Positions 59,513 through 64,000 of a stretch of DNA of 64,000 bases are shown here, in pieces. The position numbers and the translations under genes are program-made. Source of the stretch: Candidatus Limnocylindrales bacterium (GTDB lineage Bacteria; Chloroflexota; Limnocylindria; Limnocylindrales; CSP1-4); contig JBBSAV010000001.1 in NCBI GenBank assembly GCA_038251965.1, forward strand, positions 28,627-92,626. The letters are read 5' to 3'. Within the stretch, counting starts at the first letter, position 1, and each line of letters begins with the position of its first letter. A model generated the notes under the pieces. The model had not been told where the DNA came from. It worked only from the letters and a program-made list of their open reading frames with translations, and searched no databases.

Positions 59513-60687
59513 GCGAGCTGCCCTCAAGCCCTGTGGAGGGCAAGGACGAAGAGGTCCGCGATCGGACCGAGCCATTCCGGTCGGCATTCGAAGCCACACC
59601 GGACGTCGGCGCTGCGGTCAAGCAGGACCCACTCCTCGAGGACGACCTCTCCCAAGGTGCCGTCCCGCTCACGCAGCGCCTGCGCGATCGTCGCACGCAG
59701 GCCTCGATCATCGTCCCCGTCCTTGTGCTGCTTCTGTTCGTGGTGGCCCTGCCGGGCTTCGAGTTCGGCACCCTGGTGGACTACGTGCTGGCAGCCGACC
59801 CTGCCTGGCTCCTGGCCGCCTTCGTCATCTACTATCTCGGCTTCCCGCTGCGCGGGTATCGCTGGTCCATCCTGCTGCGGGGCATCGGTGCCAAGGTCAG
59901 CATCCGCGACTCGACGGAGATCATCTTCGTCAGCTGGCTCGTCAACAGCGTCGTTCCGGCCAAGCTGGGCGAGGTCTATCGTGCCTGGCTGCTGAAGGTC
60001 AACTTCCCGGTGTCGCTCTCGGCGACCTTCGGGACCATCTTCATCGAACGTATCTTCGACATCTTCGCCATCGTCATCCTGGGGTTGGGGGCAGCCTTCT
60101 GGTCCTTCCGCTCGGGGATGGATGAGACCGTCCGGACGATCATGTTCATCGGCATCGTGGTGATGATCGTGCTCGCCGCTGCGCTGCTCACGCTTCGCAA
60201 CTTCGGACGCCGACTGGTCGAGCGCTTGCCGCTTCCGGTGAAGATCAAGGAGCTCTACGAGCGGTTCGAAGAGGGCGTCTTCTCCGCGGATCGCCGCACC
60301 CTGCCTCTGGTAGCCGTGCTCACGGGGCTCATCTGGACCACTGAAGCGATCCGCCTGCTCTTCGTGGTGGACTCACTCGGCTTCGACATCTCGCTCGGTA
60401 TCAGTGGCGCCTTCTTCGTGGCCCTGGTGGCCTCCCTGCTCACCGCCGTGCCCTTTACGCCCGCCGGCCTCGGCATCGTCGAGGCCGGGATCGTCGGTAT
60501 CCTGACCGTCGTCTACCACGCCGATCCCACTGAGGCCGCTGCCATCGCGCTTGTCGACCGCGCCATCAGCGTGCTGTCAGTCATCGTGCTCGGCTTCATC
60601 GCCTACCTGCTCTCGCCCAAGACCAAGGGCGGGCGTTCCGGTGCAGATGGCAACCCAGCCTCGGAACAGGGAACGACCACGGCCTAG
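59509..60687 (+). CDS. flippase-like (lysylphosphatidylglycerol-synthase TM region / UPF0104) membrane protein
   Basis: LPG_synthase_TM-like PLRGYRWSILLRG...; GTGA overlap with the PHP gene. The longest ORF starts at 59428. Confidence 0.75.
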   Translation: MSELPSSPVEGKDEEVRDRTEPFRSAFEATPDVGAAVKQDPLLEDDLSQGAVPLTQRLRDRRTQASIIVPVLVLLLFVVALPGFEFGTLVDYVLAADPAWLLAAFVIYYLGFPLRGYRWSILLRGIGAKVSIRDSTEIIFVSWLVNSVVPAKLGEVYRAWLLKVNFPVSLSATFGTIFIERIFDIFAIVILGLGAAFWSFRSGMDETVRTIMFIGIVVMIVLAAALLTLRNFGRRLVERLPLPVKIKELYERFEEGVFSADRRTLPLVAVLTGLIWTTEAIRLLFVVDSLGFDISLGISGAFFVALVASLLTAVPFTPAGLGIVEAGIVGILTVVYHADPTEAAAIALVDRAISVLSVIVLGFIAYLLSPKTKGGRSGADGNPASEQGTTTA

Positions 60688-60763
60688 TCGGGGCACAGCG
60701 CCGGGCAAGCGCAGACAGGCCGTGGTCGGGATGAGTCGCTGCGGCGGGCGGGAGCGCCGCCGA

Positions 60764-61207
60764 TCAGTGCTGCTTGTTGGGTTCGGCGCGGGTAGGGATC
60801 GAGCGCACCGCGGCGACCGGACGTACCGGCGCATAACGGCCGGTCTGGCGAACCGACAGGCGGCGCATGCGCAATGCCAGGTAGTACTCCATGACCTGGC
60901 GGACCTGTGGCTCACTCATCAGATCGTCGGAGCGGAGCGCGTACTCGACGCGTGCGGTCGGATGTGTGCTCGATGACGAGGTCAGACCGAAGTACTGCGG
61001 TGAATCGACGTCGTCGCGCAGCTCGCGCAGGCCCTTGGCCAGCTTGGTGGCTGTGCCTAGGGAAGGCGTGCGGTCACCCCGCAGTAGCCGTGAGATCGTG
61101 GAATGATCCACGCCCGACTGCTGTGCCAATTGGCGTTGGGACATCTTCTTGGCCTTGAGCTGTGCTCGCAGCCACTCGTTGAAGGCCCGTGGGTTCTGGA
61201 CGCTCAT
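60764..61207 (-). CDS. XRE-family helix-turn-helix transcriptional regulator with uncharacterised C-terminal domain
   Basis: HTH MSQRQLAQQSGVDHSTISRLLRG. Start trimmed to MSVQNP; the longest ORF begins at 61489. Confidence 0.7.
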   Translation of the reverse strand: MSVQNPRAFNEWLRAQLKAKKMSQRQLAQQSGVDHSTISRLLRGDRTPSLGTATKLAKGLRELRDDVDSPQYFGLTSSSSTHPTARVEYALRSDDLMSEPQVRQVMEYYLALRMRRLSVRQTGRYAPVRPVAAVRSIPTRAEPNKQH

Positions 61208-61384
61208 AGCACCCCGACAGCGTCGTCGTCGACACCTGGGCTTTGGTGCCCCGGTGAGCCACCGTTCGGCGGCAGGGACCATCATCGGTGCGGGGACGCC
61301 CCGGGGAATATGGTCCATTGGTACGGGGCACCGGGTGGGGGAGTGGTCCCCCACGACCACCAGGATGGAGGCTTGGGAGGCACC

Positions 61385-61560
61385 CGCATGCCGCACAGGG
61401 GTGCCCGCAGGTGCAGCGGTGTCCTCAGGCGCGCAGGCAGCACGCACGGTGCACACGGAGAGTCCCCAGGGTGCCACAGGGTCCCGCAAGTGCCACAGGG
61501 GAGCCCTCAGGTGTCACGGGCCAGCGGGCAGGTACCGTGAAGGCGCCCGCTCAGGCCGCA
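61385..61560. repeat. quasi-periodic (~10-11 bp) degenerate repeat array CnCAGGGTG-like, ~14 units
   Basis: CGCACAGGGG, CCCGCAGGTG, CCTCAGGCG, CGCAGGCAG, CACGCACGGTG, CACACGGAGAG, CCCCAGGGTG, CCACAGGGTC, CCGCAAGTG, CCACAGGGGAG, CCCTCAGGTG, TCACGGGCC. Confidence 0.45.
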
Positions 61561-61599
61561 CGAGCGCACACGTGCCCTGTCGTACGCTTGGAGTCGACG

Positions 61600-62190
61600 C
61601 TATCTCTCAGCGCTGTAGGCTCCTCCGATAGCCGGTTCGATGAGCCCGTAACGACCGTCTCGTCGGCGGTACAGCACGGCCACTCGCTCGTTCTCGGCAT
61701 TGACGAAGATGAAGAACGCGTGCCCCAGCTCCTCCATGCGAGCGATGGCGTCCTCCTCGAATATGGGCTCGATGGCGAAGCGCTTGACCTTCACCACCAG
61801 CGACTCTGGCTCGGCAACCTCATCCTCACCGTCCGCGATCGGTAGCGGCTCTCCGCTGGAGCTGGCATAGCGCAGCTGCGCGTGACGCCGTCGATCTCGC
61901 GGTCGTTGGCGGGCCTCGACGGTGCGGCGCTCGATCTTGTCGATGACCTCATCAGCGGCGACCTTGAAGGATGCCCCTGTCGCCACGCTGCGCAGTGACT
62001 GACCGGCCGTCGAGAGCGTCACGTCGACGATGTGGCTGCCGTCGATCTTGTGGTTGCCCTCCAGACGCAACTCCACGTCCGCCTCACTGCGGTCGTCGAG
62101 CATCCGCTCCAGGCGCTGCATCTTGCGCTCGATGTAGGCTCGGTCCTTGTCCGATACGGTCAGGTTCTTGCCTCTGATCGTGATTCGCAC
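61600..62190 (-). CDS. hpf: ribosome hibernation promoting factor (long HPF)
   Basis: VRITIRGKNLTVSDKDRAYIERKMQRL... GTG start preceded by GGAGG; the longest ORF begins at 62274. Confidence 0.88.
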   Translation of the reverse strand: MRITIRGKNLTVSDKDRAYIERKMQRLERMLDDRSEADVELRLEGNHKIDGSHIVDVTLSTAGQSLRSVATGASFKVAADEVIDKIERRTVEARQRPRDRRRHAQLRYASSSGEPLPIADGEDEVAEPESLVVKVKRFAIEPIFEEDAIARMEELGHAFFIFVNAENERVAVLYRRRDGRYGLIEPAIGGAYSAER

Positions 62191-62285
62191 CGGCTGCACC
62201 TCCGCTTTTGGTCTGATAGTAGGCCCCCGCCGCGCAGCCTGCCACGCCCGAACGGCGTGTTCGCCTCCGTCCACAGCGCGTCATG

Positions 62286-62948
62286 TCAGCGGTCTCGCGC
62301 GACTGCAATGGCCGAAACCGCCCCGGCGCCTCCCGCCTGCAGCGCAGCGGTGCAGCCCGCGAGGGTCGCGCCGGTGGTCACGATGTCATCGACCAGCAGG
62401 ATCCAGCGTCCACCGATGAGCTCTCTGCCCTCGGATGGCACCGCGAACGCCCCAGACGTGTTGCCGGCACGCTCGCGCTGGTCGAGTGAGTGCTGCGCGA
62501 CCGTTCGCTGACGACGCTCCAGGCAGCGCTCCACCGGCAGTCCCAGCTCCGACGCCATCACCCGCGCCAGTTCCTCCGCCTGGTCGAAGCCACGCTCGCG
62601 TCGTCGCATCCGATGCACCGGTACCCAGGTGACCAGCTCGCCGCCGCGTCCTGCTCGGCGCCAACGTTCGGCCATGGCCGCTCCCAGCGGTTGGCTGAGG
62701 CGGCGCTCCCCGCGGTACTTCAACGCGTGCAGGGCGGCACGGACGGGCCCGCTGTACATGGCGCACCACTCCAGTTGCAGCAGACCGGGCGGCATCGTCA
62801 CCGGCATACCCACGGGTGCGCCGGCCGGTTCTTCCAGGCGCCGCCGCAGCGGCCGACGGCAATGCTCGCAGAGCGGCTCACCTTCACGCCCGCAGCCGGG
62901 GCAGCGCGGCGGCAGCAACAGGTCCAGTAGGAAGCGCACCCTGCCCAT
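62286..62948 (-). CDS. comF: ComF-family phosphoribosyltransferase (ComFC-like)
   Basis: N-terminal Cys4 (CPGC...CEHC) plus PRTase motif ILLVDDIVTTGATL. Confidence 0.8.
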   Translation of the reverse strand: MGRVRFLLDLLLPPRCPGCGREGEPLCEHCRRPLRRRLEEPAGAPVGMPVTMPPGLLQLEWCAMYSGPVRAALHALKYRGERRLSQPLGAAMAERWRRAGRGGELVTWVPVHRMRRRERGFDQAEELARVMASELGLPVERCLERRQRTVAQHSLDQRERAGNTSGAFAVPSEGRELIGGRWILLVDDIVTTGATLAGCTAALQAGGAGAVSAIAVARDR

Positions 62949-63023
62949 CGTGGCGGGCGCCGCTTGGCCGGAGCTTATCTGCGGCTTGGCCGTGGATCGA
63001 CCGCTCAGCCAGCGGGCCTAGGC

Positions 63024-63404
63024 CTAGGTGGCCGGCTCGATGACGAACTCCTCGCCCTCGGTCACACCGCAGCGAGCGAGGGTGCCAGCCGGCAGCTCGA
63101 CGACGCCATGCGCACCGCGCACCGGCAAGACGAGTCCTCGCCACGGCGGCAGGTCCGGGCGCAGCCTGACGACCGTGCGTCGGCCGTCCGGGCCCGCCTT
63201 CCCCACGAAGAGCGCATCGATAGGGAACCGCATGAACATCATGTGGATGCTCGACGTCTGCAGCCACAGGCCCTCGCCGGGGTCCATCGAGGCGCGCCCC
63301 ATCAGGCCCCTGAAGCGCTGCAGGAACGATTCGCCCATCACCAGTCGCTCACACACGATGACGTCGTCAGCGGTGCGTCGGAGACGCTGCCGTCCTTCAT
63401 TCAT
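63024..63404 (-). CDS. DUF192 domain protein
   Basis: GLMGR...GEGLWLQTSSIHMMFMRFPIDALFV... DUF192 pattern. Confidence 0.75.
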   Translation of the reverse strand: MNEGRQRLRRTADDVIVCERLVMGESFLQRFRGLMGRASMDPGEGLWLQTSSIHMMFMRFPIDALFVGKAGPDGRRTVVRLRPDLPPWRGLVLPVRGAHGVVELPAGTLARCGVTEGEEFVIEPAT

Positions 63405-63431
63405 GCGACTTGATGGCGTGATCTCGGCAGC

Positions 63432-64000
63432 CTAGACCTTGGTCAGGTTCAACATGATGAGGATCATGGCCGGCCCCAGGATGACGATGAACAGCGAGGG
63501 GAAGATGCATCCCACCAGCGGGAACAGCATCTTGATGGGCGCCTTGGCCGCCATCTCCTCAGCACGCTGCCGGCGCTCGATACGGAGCTGCTCGGACTGC
63601 ACCTCCAGGACGTTGGCGATGGCCACACCGAGCTGCTCGGCCTGGATGATGGCTCCGATGAAGTTGGTCAGCGCGGGCACGTTAGTGCGAGCCACCAGCT
63701 CCTTGAGTGCATCACGACGGGGCTTGCCGATGCGGACTTCCGCCATTGCACGGCGGAACTCATCCGATAGGGGCCCCTGTGTCTTCTCGACCACCTTTCC
63801 CAGCGCGGCGTCGAAGCCCAGTCCGGCCTTGACCGAGATGGTCAACAGGTCGAGCGTGTCGGGGATGCCCAGCAGGATGGCCTTCTGGCGTCCCTTGATA
63901 CGATGGATGAGCCAGTAGTCGGGCACGAAGAAGCCGACCACCAAGCCGATGATGGCGATGACCAGGCCTGAGGTCGCGCCGGATCCCAGGGCCACGCCAA
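63432..64000 (-). CDS. type II secretion system F family (TadB/TadC-like) protein, 5' end outside window
   Basis: C-terminal T2SSF domain; ORF open to the window edge. Confidence 0.65.
   Translation of the reverse strand, partial: GVALGSGATSGLVIAIIGLVVGFFVPDYWLIHRIKGRQKAILLGIPDTLDLLTISVKAGLGFDAALGKVVEKTQGPLSDEFRRAMAEVRIGKPRRDALKELVARTNVPALTNFIGAIIQAEQLGVAIANVLEVQSEQLRIERRQRAEEMAAKAPIKMLFPLVGCIFPSLFIVILGPAMILIMLNLTKV

Overview
High-GC (roughly 70% by inspection) bacterial chromosomal segment made up almost entirely of core, origin-proximal housekeeping genes with Actinomycetota-like synteny. No mobile elements, CRISPR arrays, rRNA or tRNA genes were found. The one RNA gene is a tmRNA (ssrA) beside smpB. 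The whole 64 kb is core chromosome rather than an accessory island. What stands out is how the origin-region genes are arranged and a few small or degenerate genes embedded among them. No toxin/defence-type system was identified, and every function below is inferred from motifs read by eye, not from searches. Items that look most unusual: (a) gyrB-gyrA is detached from recF and fused into a translationally coupled parA-parB-gyrB-X-gyrA block, where X is a 327-aa HEAT-repeat gene (the AlkC/AlkD DNA-alkylation-repair-family call is tentative, gene conf 0.55) whose start and stop codons overlap gyrB and gyrA; (b) the parA-mreD intergenic region carries two perfect parS palindromes plus two DnaA-box-like sites and sits at the main gene-strand switch, so oriC may lie there and not next to dnaA; (c) a PstP-like membrane protein whose PP2C domain has lost 3 of 4 metal-binding Asp residues (a likely pseudophosphatase), followed by a DUF151 nuclease, sits where gyrBA would normally be after recF-dciA; (d) a three-gene putative glycosylation module (GT-C, DUF2723/TMEM260-like GT-C, GT2 polyprenyl-phosphate sugar synthase); (e) an orphan TrkA-C domain ORF in the dnaA-dnaN spacer, an SD-preceded Cys-rich 82-aa ORF upstream of prfB, and several repeat or operator-like arrays. 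Gene order on the minus strand: a PstP-like protein, dciA, recF, dnaN, dnaA. On the plus strand: rpmH-rnpA-yidD-yidC-jag. On the minus strand: ssrA-smpB-ctpA-ftsX-ftsE-impA-like-GNAT-prfB. Then secA on the plus strand; prs and the parA-parB-gyrB-X-gyrA block on the minus strand; two parS sites; mreD-mrdA-rodA; a cation/proton antiporter; a J-domain protein; rplU-rpmA-rpmE-DUF1385-prfA-prmC-tsaC-glyA-wecA-atpZBEFHAGDC-murA-mreB; PHP and a flippase-like protein; an XRE regulator; hpf; comF; DUF192; and a partial tadC-like gene.
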